From: an uncultured Pseudomonadota bacterium
Lineage (GTDB): Bacteria; Myxococcota_A; Polyangia; Fen-1088
Assembly: GCA_963847705.1 (NCBI GenBank)
Contig: CAWKBC010000027.1
Location: forward strand, 1 to 64,000
Reading direction: 5' to 3'
Length of the DNA stretch: 64,000 bases
In this document: positions 9,505-19,502 of the stretch, in pieces
Numbering within the stretch: the first letter of the stretch is position 1
Layout of the letters: each line of letters opens with the position of its first letter
Position numbers and translations under genes: made by a program
Notes under the pieces: model-generated
Seen by the model: only the letters and a program-made list of their open reading frames with translations
Told to the model about the DNA's origin: nothing
Databases searched by the model: none

Positions 9505-10092
9505 CTACTTCTCCACCTTGTGATCTTGCAGCTTGGGGTGCTCACCGATCGGGCGGATGGAGACCAGGGGACCCTCGTAGGTCCCGCCGACCTTCTCGGC
9601 CTTTCGCTGCGCGCTCTCGGCGGCGATGGTGATCTGGCTGTGCCCCTCGCCGCGCTGGATCCGCTCTTGAAGCATGATGAGGCCGTCCAGCACCTGTTCG
9701 GGGCGGGGCGGGCAGCCAGGGATGTAGACGTCGACCGGCACGACCTGATCGGCGCCGGGCATGGTCGAGTAGTTCTGGTAGAAGCCGCCCGTCGAGGCGC
9801 AGACGCCGAAGGCGACCACCCACTTGGGCTCGCACATCTGATCGTAGATGCGCCGCAGGGCCGGGCCCTGCCGCTCGGTGATGGTGCCGACGATGATCAA
9901 GAGGTCAGCCTGCCGGGGCGAGAAGCGCGGGAACTCGGCGCCGAACCGGGCGATGTCGTACTTGGGCGCCGCCACGGACATGAACTCCATCCCGCAGCAG
10001 GCGGTCACGAACGGGTACTGGAAGAGCGAGAACTTCCGCGCCCAGTTGGTGGCGTCCGTCAGCTTGCTGACCATCCATTCGGCTGCGCTCAT
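9505..10092 (-). CDS. nuoB: NADH-quinone oxidoreductase subunit B
   Basis: TACCGMEF, SPRQADL, VDVYIPGCPPRPE. Confidence 0.96.
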   Translation of the reverse strand: MSAAEWMVSKLTDATNWARKFSLFQYPFVTACCGMEFMSVAAPKYDIARFGAEFPRFSPRQADLLIIVGTITERQGPALRRIYDQMCEPKWVVAFGVCASTGGFYQNYSTMPGADQVVPVDVYIPGCPPRPEQVLDGLIMLQERIQRGEGHSQITIAAESAQRKAEKVGGTYEGPLVSIRPIGEHPKLQDHKVEK

Positions 10093-10104
10093 GGTGAATC
10101 CGTC

Positions 10105-10506
10105 CTATTCCCAGCCGATGGCGCGCTTGCGCCAGACGTAGGCCAACCCGACGATCAGGATCCCCATGAACACGAGGATCTCGCCGATGCCGAAGAACGA
10201 GACGCCGCCCGCGCACTTGCCCATGGCGACCGCGCCGGCGCAGGAGAGCTCCCGGTACTTGAGCGCCCAGGGGTAGAGGAACGCCGTCTCGATGTCGAAC
10301 ACCAGGAAGACGATCGCCACCTGGTAGAACTTCACCTCGAACCGGGCACGCGGGCTGCCGATCACCTCGGAGCCGCACTCGTAGGGGTAATCCTTGGCCG
10401 CGCTCGGCCGGTGCGGGCCGAGGTACTTGGCAGCGGCGGTCAACAACAGCGCGAACCCGACCCCCGCCAGGATCATGAGCGCCGCGGACAGGTAGTCTGA
10501 TGTCAT
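10105..10506 (-). CDS. nuoA: NADH-quinone oxidoreductase subunit A
   Basis: PYECG, FLVFDIET, three TM helices. Confidence 0.95.
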   Translation of the reverse strand: MTSDYLSAALMILAGVGFALLLTAAAKYLGPHRPSAAKDYPYECGSEVIGSPRARFEVKFYQVAIVFLVFDIETAFLYPWALKYRELSCAGAVAMGKCAGGVSFFGIGEILVFMGILIVGLAYVWRKRAIGWE

Positions 10507-10651
10507 TTAACCCAGCTTGGGAAGAGCAAGACCGTCGCCGCGATTTATAGAGGGTGCGTGCGAATGAGTCAATCAACCCGTGAGGCGGCCGGCGGCGACC
10601 CTTTTCCAGTGTTTGACTTGGGGGCGCCAGATTCCTATATCTAGACGCCCC

Positions 10652-11584
10652 ATGCGCCGCGCCTCATCGCTGCTCCCGCTGGTCGGAGCGATCGCCGCGT
10701 GGCTGGCGGCCCCGGCTTGCGCCAAGACCCCGGCCGAGGCGCACTCCGCCCCGGCCACGGACACCGCCGCCGCCACGGCCACCACCAACGCCCCAGGGGC
10801 GAAAGCGGGCGACGACACCACCCCGCCACCGGGCGTCGACATCTCGAAGCTGGACGACTTCGGCAAGAAGGTCTTCTTCCGCATCGCCAACGGCGAGCCC
10901 TCGGTCTGCGGTCAGGCGCAGAGCCTGCTGGCCTCGGCCAAGGCCCAGAAGAACGGCTGTGCCCGCTCGGTGAACGCCCTCCGCTACGTCGCGCGGCTGG
11001 TCGACCAGGGATACACCGACTCCGAGGTCTCCGAGTCGCTCGGGAAGCGGTATCGCCCCGTCACCCCCAGGACGATCGACGTCTCCGACGCGCCGATGAA
11101 GGGAAACCCCAAGGCGCGGATCACCCTGGTCGAGTTCGCCGACTACGAGTGCCCGCACTGCAAGCACTTCCAGCCGGTGCTGCACCAGATCCTCGACGAG
11201 TTCCCCAACGACGTGAAGCTCTACTTCAAGCACTACCCGCTGCCGCAGCACACGAACGCCCGCCTCGCCGCCGAGGGGGCCGTCGCCGCGCAGAAGCAGG
11301 GGAAGTTCTGGCAGTTCCAGGACAAGCTCTGGGAGCATCAAGATGAGCTCAGTCCCGCCGAGATAGAGAAGGTGGCCAAGGAGTCGGGGCTCGACGTCGC
11401 CAAGTTCCGCCAGGACCTGGCCTCGGAGCCGGTGAAGGCGAAGGTCGAGAAGGATCGCAACGAAGGCTCCTCGATCGGCTTGCAGGCGACCCCCACGCTC
11501 TACATCGACGGGCGCGAGTACACCGACTCGCGCGACGCCGACAGTCTCCGCGAATGGATCAAAGACGCCCTCGGCAGCTCGTAG
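10652..11584 (+). CDS. DsbA/thioredoxin-fold disulfide oxidoreductase, exported
   Basis: EFADYECPHC, KHYPL, cis-Pro loop ATPT. Confidence 0.9.
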   Translation: MRRASSLLPLVGAIAAWLAAPACAKTPAEAHSAPATDTAAATATTNAPGAKAGDDTTPPPGVDISKLDDFGKKVFFRIANGEPSVCGQAQSLLASAKAQKNGCARSVNALRYVARLVDQGYTDSEVSESLGKRYRPVTPRTIDVSDAPMKGNPKARITLVEFADYECPHCKHFQPVLHQILDEFPNDVKLYFKHYPLPQHTNARLAAEGAVAAQKQGKFWQFQDKLWEHQDELSPAEIEKVAKESGLDVAKFRQDLASEPVKAKVEKDRNEGSSIGLQATPTLYIDGREYTDSRDADSLREWIKDALGSS

Positions 11585-12096
11585 CCCGCGCGGCAGCGGC
11601 CCTGTTGCTGCTGGTGCTCGGCTGCGCGACCACCGGCGCCGAGGGGGCTGGTTCCGGCGGGCCCGTGGGCGCGCCGCTCCCGCCCCTCAAGGTCGATGCG
11701 CTCTCGGGCAAGACCATCAACGTCGCGTCGTACAAGGGGCGGGTGCTGTTGCTCGACGTCTGGGCGTCGTGGTGCGACCCCTGCAAGCAGGAGCTGCCGG
11801 TGCTCAACGAGATGGCGCGGCGGTTGAAGCCGCAGGGGATCGACATCCTGGCCGTCTCGGTCGATCAGGAACGCGAGAACGTCGACAAGTTTCTGCGCGC
11901 GCACGGCGGCGGCCGCTGGGCCCTCACCGTCGCCCACGATCCGCGCGGTGAGGTGGCCGAGCTGCTCCAGCCCGACAAGATGCCGACCTCCTACGTGGTC
12001 GACCGCTCCGGGATCGTCCGCTACGTGAACGCGGGCTTCCTGCCCGCCGACGCTTCGATGATCGAGCACCGCCTGCTCGAGGTCGCCGGCCACTGA
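11554..12096 (+). CDS. TlpA/ResA-family thioredoxin-like lipoprotein
   Basis: WASWCDPC, MPTSYVVD; lipobox LGC; start uncertain. Confidence 0.88.
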   Translation: MDQRRPRQLVARAAAALLLLVLGCATTGAEGAGSGGPVGAPLPPLKVDALSGKTINVASYKGRVLLLDVWASWCDPCKQELPVLNEMARRLKPQGIDILAVSVDQERENVDKFLRAHGGGRWALTVAHDPRGEVAELLQPDKMPTSYVVDRSGIVRYVNAGFLPADASMIEHRLLEVAGH

Positions 12097-12143
12097 GGCC
12101 GGTCGGCGCAGATCGCGATTTCAGGCTCTACCGCCGAGCGTCG

Positions 12144-13739
12144 ATGAGAAACGGAACCGAGATGTTCCGTCGAACGACCCTCGCCGCGGCGCTCGCCCTC
12201 TCGGCCTGGAGCTCGGCCGGCCTGGCGCAGGTCGATTCGTCGCCGGTGCCGACGCCTGAGCAGCAGGAACGCGCGCGGCGCGATCTGGCCGCCGGCCAGC
12301 GCCTCCTGAAAAAAGGGCGGTTCGAGGCGGCGCTGGTCAAGCTTCAGGCCGCCTACGCGGTCGAGCCGACCGCGGCGGCGCTGTTCGGTGTGGCGGCCGC
12401 CGAGCGCGAGACCGACCGGACCCCCGAGGCTTACCGCTCGTACGAGAGACTCCTGGCGGGTCCGACGGAGGGACTGGCGCCCGAGGAGCGCGACCACGCC
12501 CAGCGGGCGCTGGCGGAGCTGGGCGCGGTGACCGGGACCGTCAAGTTGACCGTCTCCGCTCCGGACGCGGCCACCACCATCGACGATCGGCCGCTCGACG
12601 CCGACGCCCTGGCGCACCCAATCCATCTTTCGGGCGGCCGGCACGTCTTCGCGGCGGCGAAGCCCGGATTCGAACCGCTCAACTTCCCCGTCTTCATCAC
12701 CGTCGGTAAGGTGCTGGAGACGACACTCATGCTCAAGCCGCTGGCGGGGGTCACGCCGCCGGCACCGCCGGTCGTCGTCCCGGCTCCGGCACTGGCACCG
12801 CCGAGGCCTCCGGTTCCCGCCCCGCCGCCGGTCGTCGTCCCGGCCCCGGCGCCGCCACCTCCGGCTCCCGCACCGCCGCCGGTTGCCCCGCCGGCCGTCG
12901 TGCCGCCGGAGCCCATCGTGCCGCCGGAGCCCATCGCGCCGCCGGTGCTCATCGCGCCGCTGGTGCCCGTCACGCCGATCCCGGTTGCTCCGCCGGTCTC
13001 GGTGGCACCGCCGCCCGCTGCACCGGCTTCCGCACCTCCCGCAATCGCGCCGCAACCGTTGCCGCCACCAATGCCGGTCCCGCCGCTTCTGCCGCCGCCG
13101 TCACCGCCACCGATCGAGATCCCCGAGTCGTCGCCGCCCCCGCCGTCGAGCTCCTCCGCGGACGCGACGCGCATCGGTTTTCTGATCGGCATCGTCACCT
13201 TCCCCCGGCCGGTCGAGGGGGAGCTGATGGTGAAGCTGGGCTCTTCGTTCGCGCTGGGCCTGAAGGGGAGCTATCTCCCGGAGTTTTCGGTGCCCGGGAT
13301 CAACTTCAAGCTCGATCTGAAGGCGCTCGAAGGCGTGGTGCGCTGGTTTCCGGGCGACGGCGTCTTCTTCCTGGGCGCCGGCTTCGGCTATCAGAATTTC
13401 AAGGCCTCGTTCGACGAGCTCGCCGACGGCAACGCGCTGACCATCGCCGCCGACATGTCCGGATACTTCATCCAGCCCCAGCTCGGCGTGCTCTGGATTT
13501 CGCAGGCGGGCTTCGCCATCAGCTTCAGCCTCGGCCTGCAGATCCCCATCCCGCAGGATCCCGTGGTGAGCGCCACCTACCAGGGGCAGCCGGTGCCGGC
13601 TCAGGGGACCAGCGCTGTCCCGCAAGACGTGGTCGACCAGGCCCAGAACACCAAGGACGATGTGCAGTCGATCGCCCGCATCATCGTCAAGTACCCGTTC
13701 CCGACGCTCGACCTCCTGAGAATCGGCTTCTTTTTCTAG
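12144..13739 (+). CDS. TPR/PEGA-like protein with long Pro-rich linker and C-terminal beta-barrel-like domain
   Basis: Signal peptide, helical TPR-like segment, PEGA-like GGRHVFAAAKPGF, ~130-aa Pro-rich stretch, C-terminal IGFFF. Confidence 0.7.
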   Translation: MRNGTEMFRRTTLAAALALSAWSSAGLAQVDSSPVPTPEQQERARRDLAAGQRLLKKGRFEAALVKLQAAYAVEPTAAALFGVAAAERETDRTPEAYRSYERLLAGPTEGLAPEERDHAQRALAELGAVTGTVKLTVSAPDAATTIDDRPLDADALAHPIHLSGGRHVFAAAKPGFEPLNFPVFITVGKVLETTLMLKPLAGVTPPAPPVVVPAPALAPPRPPVPAPPPVVVPAPAPPPPAPAPPPVAPPAVVPPEPIVPPEPIAPPVLIAPLVPVTPIPVAPPVSVAPPPAAPASAPPAIAPQPLPPPMPVPPLLPPPSPPPIEIPESSPPPPSSSSADATRIGFLIGIVTFPRPVEGELMVKLGSSFALGLKGSYLPEFSVPGINFKLDLKALEGVVRWFPGDGVFFLGAGFGYQNFKASFDELADGNALTIAADMSGYFIQPQLGVLWISQAGFAISFSLGLQIPIPQDPVVSATYQGQPVPAQGTSAVPQDVVDQAQNTKDDVQSIARIIVKYPFPTLDLLRIGFFF

Positions 13740-15329
13740 CTAAACAACCGGCCCGTCGCCGCGGGCGACGATGGTGTCGCGGGCCATGCGCGGATCGTGG
13801 TCGGGGTGGTCGAGGTTGTAGTGAAGACCCCGGCTCTCGGGACGGCGACGCGCCGATTCGATGATCAGATCGGCGACGAGCGCGATGTTGCGCAGCTCGA
13901 CCAGATCGCCGGTGATGGTGACGTTCCAGTAGTAGTCGCGGATCTCCGAGCGAATCAGCTCGATGCGGCGGGCGGCGCGTTCGAGCCGCCGGTCGGTCCG
14001 GACGATGCCGACGTAGTTCCACATCAGGCGCCGGATCTCGTCCCAGTTGTGGCTCACCACGACGGCGTCATCGGAGGAGGCGGCGTCGCCCGCGTACCAG
14101 GGGGCCACCTGGGCCGGGCGGTCGCTGCGGACGTTGCGGACGTCGTCGGCGGCGCGCGCGCCGAACACCATCGCCTCGAGGAGCGAGTTGGAGGCCAGCC
14201 GGCAGGCGCCGTGCAGGCCGGTCATCGAGACCTCGCCGATGGCGTAGAGGTTCTTCACCGTCGAGCGCCCGTGCTCGTCGACCAGCACGCCGCCGCAGCT
14301 GTAGTGCGCGGCCGGGACCACCGGGATCGGCTGCTTGCGCATGTCGATCCCCAGCTCCATGCAGCGGCGGTGGATGTTGGGGAAGCGCTCGACCAGGAAG
14401 TCGCCCGACAGGTGGGTCATGTCGAGATCGACGTGGTCGTCGCCGGTCCGTTTCATCTCGGCGTCGATGGCGCGCGAGACGATGTCGCGCGGTGCCAGGT
14501 CCTTCATCTCGTGGTAGCGCGGCATGAACGCCGTCCCGTCGCGCAGCCGCAAGATTCCCCCTTCGCCGCGCAGCGCCTCACTGATCAGAAACGACTTGGC
14601 GGCCGGGTGGTAGAGCACCGTCGGGTGGAACTGAAAAAATTCCATGTTGGCGATGCGCGCGCCGACCCGGTAGGCCATGGCCACCCCGTCGCCGGTCGCC
14701 ACGTCGGGGTTGGAGGTGTAGAGGTAGACCTTGCCCGAGCCCCCGGTGGCCAGCACCACCGCGCGCGCGGTGACCGTCTCGACCTTGCCGGTCCGCTGGT
14801 CGAGGAGATAGGCGCCGAACACGGCGTTGGGGCCGCCGTACTTGGCGGTGGTCAGCAGATCGATCGCCAAGTGGTCGGGCAGGACCGTGATCCGGTCGGC
14901 GCGCCTGGCGACGCCCCCCAGCAGCGCCTCCTGGATCGCCCAGCCGGTGGAGTCCTTGACGTGTACGATCCGCCGGGCGGTGTGCCCCCCTTCGCGCCCG
15001 AGCTCGAGGTGGCCAGCGGCGTCGCGATCGAAGGGGACGCCCAGCTCGTTGGCCAGCCAGAGGATGTGCTCGGGCCCCTCGCGCGCGCAGATCTCCACGA
15101 TCTCCCGCTTGCAGAGGCCGTCGCCCACCCGCAGCGTGTCCTCGACGTGGGCGGCGACGCCGTCGTCGGGATCGAGCGCGCCGGCCACCCCCCCCTGCGC
15201 GTAGGCGGTGTTGGCGTCGGCCGGGGCGCGCTTGGTCGCCACCACCACCCGGCCGTGGGTCGACGCCCGCAGCGCGAACGTCAGCCCCGCCAGCCCCGAA
15301 CCAATGACCAGGTAGTCGGTCTCGATCAC
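13740..15329 (-). CDS. nadB: L-aspartate oxidase
   Basis: GSGLAGL, AQGG, REGGH, QFHPT, PAAHY, GLHGACRLASNSLLE, ESRGLHY. Confidence 0.96.
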   Translation of the reverse strand: MIETDYLVIGSGLAGLTFALRASTHGRVVVATKRAPADANTAYAQGGVAGALDPDDGVAAHVEDTLRVGDGLCKREIVEICAREGPEHILWLANELGVPFDRDAAGHLELGREGGHTARRIVHVKDSTGWAIQEALLGGVARRADRITVLPDHLAIDLLTTAKYGGPNAVFGAYLLDQRTGKVETVTARAVVLATGGSGKVYLYTSNPDVATGDGVAMAYRVGARIANMEFFQFHPTVLYHPAAKSFLISEALRGEGGILRLRDGTAFMPRYHEMKDLAPRDIVSRAIDAEMKRTGDDHVDLDMTHLSGDFLVERFPNIHRRCMELGIDMRKQPIPVVPAAHYSCGGVLVDEHGRSTVKNLYAIGEVSMTGLHGACRLASNSLLEAMVFGARAADDVRNVRSDRPAQVAPWYAGDAASSDDAVVVSHNWDEIRRLMWNYVGIVRTDRRLERAARRIELIRSEIRDYYWNVTITGDLVELRNIALVADLIIESARRRPESRGLHYNLDHPDHDPRMARDTIVARGDGPVV

Positions 15330-15422
15330 ACCCGACAGTCTAGCTCATGGGCCGGCGAGTCACCGCGAAAGGGCCCGGTTCGTCGACGGGCGAAGCCGCT
15401 GTGTTACGATCGGCCGGTCGAA

Positions 15423-16181
15423 ATGAAGCGGGGAACGCTCATCGCCCTCATCGGGGCCGCGGCGGTGCTGGGGGGGCCGGCGCAGGCCGGGACCTTCTGG
15501 TCGCGCGAGCGATCGGACGGGGTCGTCGAGTTCACCAACAAGCAGCCGGCCGGTGGTCACTGGAAGGTCCTGTTCAAAACCGGCCCCGGCAAGGCCGCGG
15601 CGCTGCGTGGCGCGACCGACCTCGTGCCTCCCCACGACGTCTCGCCCGCCCGCTATACACGCTTCGACCGCGACATCCTCGACGGTCAATCGTTTTACGG
15701 GATCCCGGAGGCGTTCATCAGGGCGGTGATCAAGACGGAGTCCGACTTCGATCCGCGCGTCGTCTCCAGCGCCGGCGCCGAGGGGCTGATGCAACTGCTC
15801 CCGGGCACGGCACGCCAGATGGGCGTCACCGACATCTTCGATCCGCGCCAGAACATCATGGGCGGGACCCGCTACCTCCAGGTGCTGGCGCGGCGGTTCT
15901 GCAAGACGCCGGCGGCCGGCGACGCCTGGGCGGAGCCGGGCTCGGCCCGGCAGAGCCCTTCGCGGGGGGCCACGGGGACCCAGAGCGACGAAGGTCGGCC
16001 GCTGACCGTCTGTTCGGCGGAGGAGAAGGTCAAGGTGATCGCGGGCTATCAGGCTGGCCCGGCGGCCGTCGAGAAGTACGGCGGCATTCCCCCTTACGAG
16101 ACCACGCACGCCTACGTGGCGATGGTGCTGCGCCGTTATGACCAGTACCGGATGGCGGTGGGAGCGTCCGCCGAGAAATGA
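15423..16181 (+). CDS. Lytic transglycosylase (SLT domain)
   Basis: AVIKTESDF, GAEGLMQL, NIMGGTRYL, AGYQAGP, GIPPYETT. Confidence 0.9.
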   Translation: MKRGTLIALIGAAAVLGGPAQAGTFWSRERSDGVVEFTNKQPAGGHWKVLFKTGPGKAAALRGATDLVPPHDVSPARYTRFDRDILDGQSFYGIPEAFIRAVIKTESDFDPRVVSSAGAEGLMQLLPGTARQMGVTDIFDPRQNIMGGTRYLQVLARRFCKTPAAGDAWAEPGSARQSPSRGATGTQSDEGRPLTVCSAEEKVKVIAGYQAGPAAVEKYGGIPPYETTHAYVAMVLRRYDQYRMAVGASAEK

Positions 16182-17510
16182 GCGCCGCCCCCTTCGTCGC
16201 TCACCTGGCCAGCGCCGGTGAGCTGGTCGCCGCCAAGAGGTTCGGTGAAGCCGAGGGGGAGATCCTGCGCGCGCTGTCGGCGTCGCCCGCCGATGCCAAG
16301 GCGCTGACCCTGCTGGCGCTGGTGCGCTACAAGCTGGGGCGGCTCGAGGACGCGCACGCCACCTATCGCGAGCTGGCGGGTGCGTCGCCGCACGACGCGG
16401 GGGCGCGCCGCAACCTGGGCCTCCTGGCGCTCAAGCTGGAACGGATCGACGACGCGCTCCCGGAGCTGGAGATGGCGGTGCGCATCGCCCCCGGCGACGG
16501 GCGCGCCTGGAGCTACCTCGGCTACGCCTACGCCAAGAAGGGCGAAGTGGTGCAGGCGGCGGCTGCCTTTCGCCGCGCCGGTCAGGACGCCCTGGCCAAC
16601 GAGCTGGATCAGGCCGCCAAGGCGCAACGTCCGCCGACCCCCATCTCGCGCGGCGGTAGCGAAAGCGGCAGCATCGGACGCCCGGTGGCGCTGGCGCCGC
16701 CGCTGCCGCCGCTGCTCCCGGCCGTCGCGGCGGAAAAGCGCCCGTCGAGCTGGAAGGAGCCCGCCGCGCGCCGGCCCGAGGAGCCGGTTCCCGCGCGCGT
16801 CGAGGCGGCCGCCCACGCGGTGGAGACCGGGCGAGGGTCCTCGGAAACGATCGACCCTCCGCAGCCGCGCGAGGTCGAGCCGGTGCCGCTGCTGTCGTTC
16901 GTGCTGGCGCGGCTCGGGCAGGCGCCGTCGCCGTCGATCCCGACGGGCGCGCTCCGGCTGGCGATCGCCGACGAGGCCCACGCGCGCGCCGACGCGATCC
17001 TGGCCGGCTCGGGCGCCATCAAGTGGGAGCCGGGCGTCCGGCGAGCCCAGGGCCGGGGCAGCACCGAGCCGATGGGTCGCGAGGGTGGGGCGCCGTTCTT
17101 TCGCCTCACCGGGGGCGGCGAGATTCTGGATCGCGGGGGCCATCGACCGCTGGCTGCCGCTGCGGCTGGCGGACGACGTGCTCTATGTCCGCGAGGATCG
17201 CGTGCTGGCGTTCGAGGGATCGCTCACCTGGGAGGCGGGCGCGGTCCCGAACACGGGGCTCCGCATGTTGCAGTTTCGCGGCCGCGGCACGGTGGCGCTG
17301 GAGCTGCCGAGCGACGCCATCGCCATCAAGGTCGCCGACGAGAAGCCGACGTTGCTGTCGGCGGCGCGCCTCTACGGTTGGGTCGGGCGCCTGGTGCCGC
17401 ACGGCGCCCGGATGCCGGGCACGGCGCCGTTCCAGCTCGGCTGTCAGGGCGAGGGCGTGGTCCTGCTCGAGGCGATGCAGCCGGCGACTCACCCGGCCAT
17501 TGGGGGGTAG
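16178..17510 (+). CDS. TPR + AIM24-like domain protein, frameshifted near 17124
   Basis: N-terminal TPRs; AIM24-like FFRLTGGGE continues in the +1 frame as WIAG...LYVREDRVLAFE...GEGVVLL. Confidence 0.75.
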
Positions 17511-17513
17511 CGC

Positions 17514-18104
17514 ATGGCGACCCTCCGGCGCGAGCTGACCAACGTCCCCAACCTGGTGACCATGAGTCGGGTGGTGCTGATCCCGTTCGTGCTGATGTTC
17601 ATCGACAACTTCAGCCCGCTGCGCAGCTTCATCGCCAGCCTGCTCTATCTGATCTGTGCGGCGGGTGACGGGCTCGATGGCTACCTGGCCCGCAAGCGGG
17701 GCGAGGTGAGCACGCTCGGCAAGTTCCTCGACCCGCTGGCCGACAAGCTGACCGTCACCGCCGTGCTGGTCTACATGGTGTGGCTGTCGCGCGTGCACCC
17801 CGCGGTGGTGGTGGTGATCATCGCGCGCGATCTGGCGGTCAATGGCCTGCGCAGCGTGGCCTCGGCGCAGGGGCTGGTGATCTCCGCCAGCGACAGCGGC
17901 AAGATCAAGACCGCGCTGCAGCTGGTGGCGGTCATGATGCTGCTCATCTACTTCCGCTATCCGATCCTGGGGACGGGCAAGACGATCGACTATCACCTGG
18001 CGGGGCAGTACGTGCTTTACGTCTCCACGGCCGTGTCGTTGTTTTCGATGGTGCAGTACATGCGCAGCTTCCTCACGGCGGCGCTGGCCGAGGCGCGCCA
18101 GTAG
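17514..18104 (+). CDS. pgsA: CDP-diacylglycerol--glycerol-3-phosphate 3-phosphatidyltransferase
   Basis: NVPNLVT, DGLDGYLARK..STLGKFLDPLADK, GKIKTALQ. Confidence 0.93.
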   Translation: MATLRRELTNVPNLVTMSRVVLIPFVLMFIDNFSPLRSFIASLLYLICAAGDGLDGYLARKRGEVSTLGKFLDPLADKLTVTAVLVYMVWLSRVHPAVVVVIIARDLAVNGLRSVASAQGLVISASDSGKIKTALQLVAVMMLLIYFRYPILGTGKTIDYHLAGQYVLYVSTAVSLFSMVQYMRSFLTAALAEARQ

Positions 18105-18106
18105 GC

Positions 18107-19502
18107 GTGATCGCGGTCCCCGCTGTTCGGTTGACGCCGGCCGAGGCGGCCCGGCGGGCGGCGGCAGCGCCGGGCGCCTTCTGGTTGTCGGCGCCGGCCG
18201 CCGACGAAGCCACCCGCGAGGCCGGCCGCGAAGTCGTCGCCGAAGCCGTCGACGAGGCGCGGATCGCGCGCGATTCTGGTGGGCGCCCGGCCCCTGTCGA
18301 CCGTTCGCGGCACGACGCCGGGCGATCTGGCCGGGCTCGCGCAGGCCTGGGGCGAGGCGCGCGCGGCCTGGAGCGGGGGGGGCGCCGCGCCGGCGGGCGT
18401 CCCGGTCGCCGTCGGCTGGCTGTCGTATGAGCTCGGCCGCCGCCTGGTCGGCCTGGCGCCGCAGGAGGTTGACCATCCATTGTTCGAGTTTCACTTCAAC
18501 GATGCGGTCTGGGTGCGGGAGGCGACCGGGGAGGCGAGAATCTGCGCGCGCGACACAGCCGCCGCCGAGCGGCTCGCCGGGCTGCTGTCGCCTGCCCGTG
18601 AGACAGAGCCTCCGGTCTTCCCGCGGCTGGGCGCGCTCGAGGCGGTTCATCCCGACCAGACGTTCCTGAGCGGGGTCGCGCGGATCCTGGAGTACCTGCG
18701 GGCTGGGGATGCCTACCAGGTGAACCTGTCGCGGCGGCTGCGGGCCACCTGGGCAGGGGGCGACGCCGCCCTTCTGGCCGCGGCGCTGCGTGCTGGCGCG
18801 CCGGCGCCGCACGCCGCGTTCATCGCCGGCGCCCCGGGGGATCTGGCGGAGGCCGTCACGATCCTGGGCAATTCCCCGGAGCGGTTTCTCTCTCTTTCGA
18901 CCGATGGCGTGGTCGAGACCCGCCCGATCAAGGGGACCCGCCCCCGCGGGGTGGACGCCGCCGGCGATCGCGCCGCGGTTGCCGAGCTCCTGGCCGCCGC
19001 CAAGGACCGCGCCGAGCACGTCATGATCGTCGATCTGGAGCGCAATGACCTGGGGCGCGTCTGCCGCGCCGGGAGCGTGGAGGTCGCCTCGCTGGCGCGC
19101 CTGGTGTCGCTCCCCACGGTGCATCACCTGATCTCCACCGTGCGCGGGCAGCTGCGCCCGGACGTCGGCCTCGCCGCGCTCCTGGGCGCCACCTTCCCGG
19201 GTGGCTCGGTGACGGGCGCGCCCAAGCGCCGGGCGATGCAGATCATCGACGAGCTCGAGCCGGCGCCGCGGGGCGTTTACACCGGCGCCACCGGCTGGCT
19301 GGGCGCCGCGGGCGATCTCGATCTGGCGATCGCCATCCGGACGGCGGTGCTGCGCGGCGGTCAGCTCGAGCTGTCAGTTGGCGGTGGCATCGTCGTCGAC
19401 TCCACGCCCGAGGGGGAGCTTGGCGAGACGGAGGTCAAGGCGCGGGCGTTCGCGCAGCTCGGTGGCGCCACACCAGCGCGGCTGCCACCGCCCCGGCGGT
19501 GA
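18107..19502 (+). CDS. Aminodeoxychorismate synthase component I / anthranilate synthase I family, frameshifted near 18274
   Basis: GDAYQVNLS, NSPERFL, RPIKGT, KDRAEHVMIVDLERNDLGR, FPGGSVTGAPK; the N-terminus is in the adjacent frame. Confidence 0.85.

Noticed and set aside
7600-10500. Long antisense or alternate-frame ORFs (also 25485-28184, 29420-31546, 31667-33538, 53146-55155 and others)
   Set aside because: Expected shadows of high-GC3 genes; no motifs, and they overlap well-supported genes
13797-16181. 794-aa ORF
   Set aside because: The first ~540 codons are the antisense shadow of nadB; only 15423-16181 (SLT) is real
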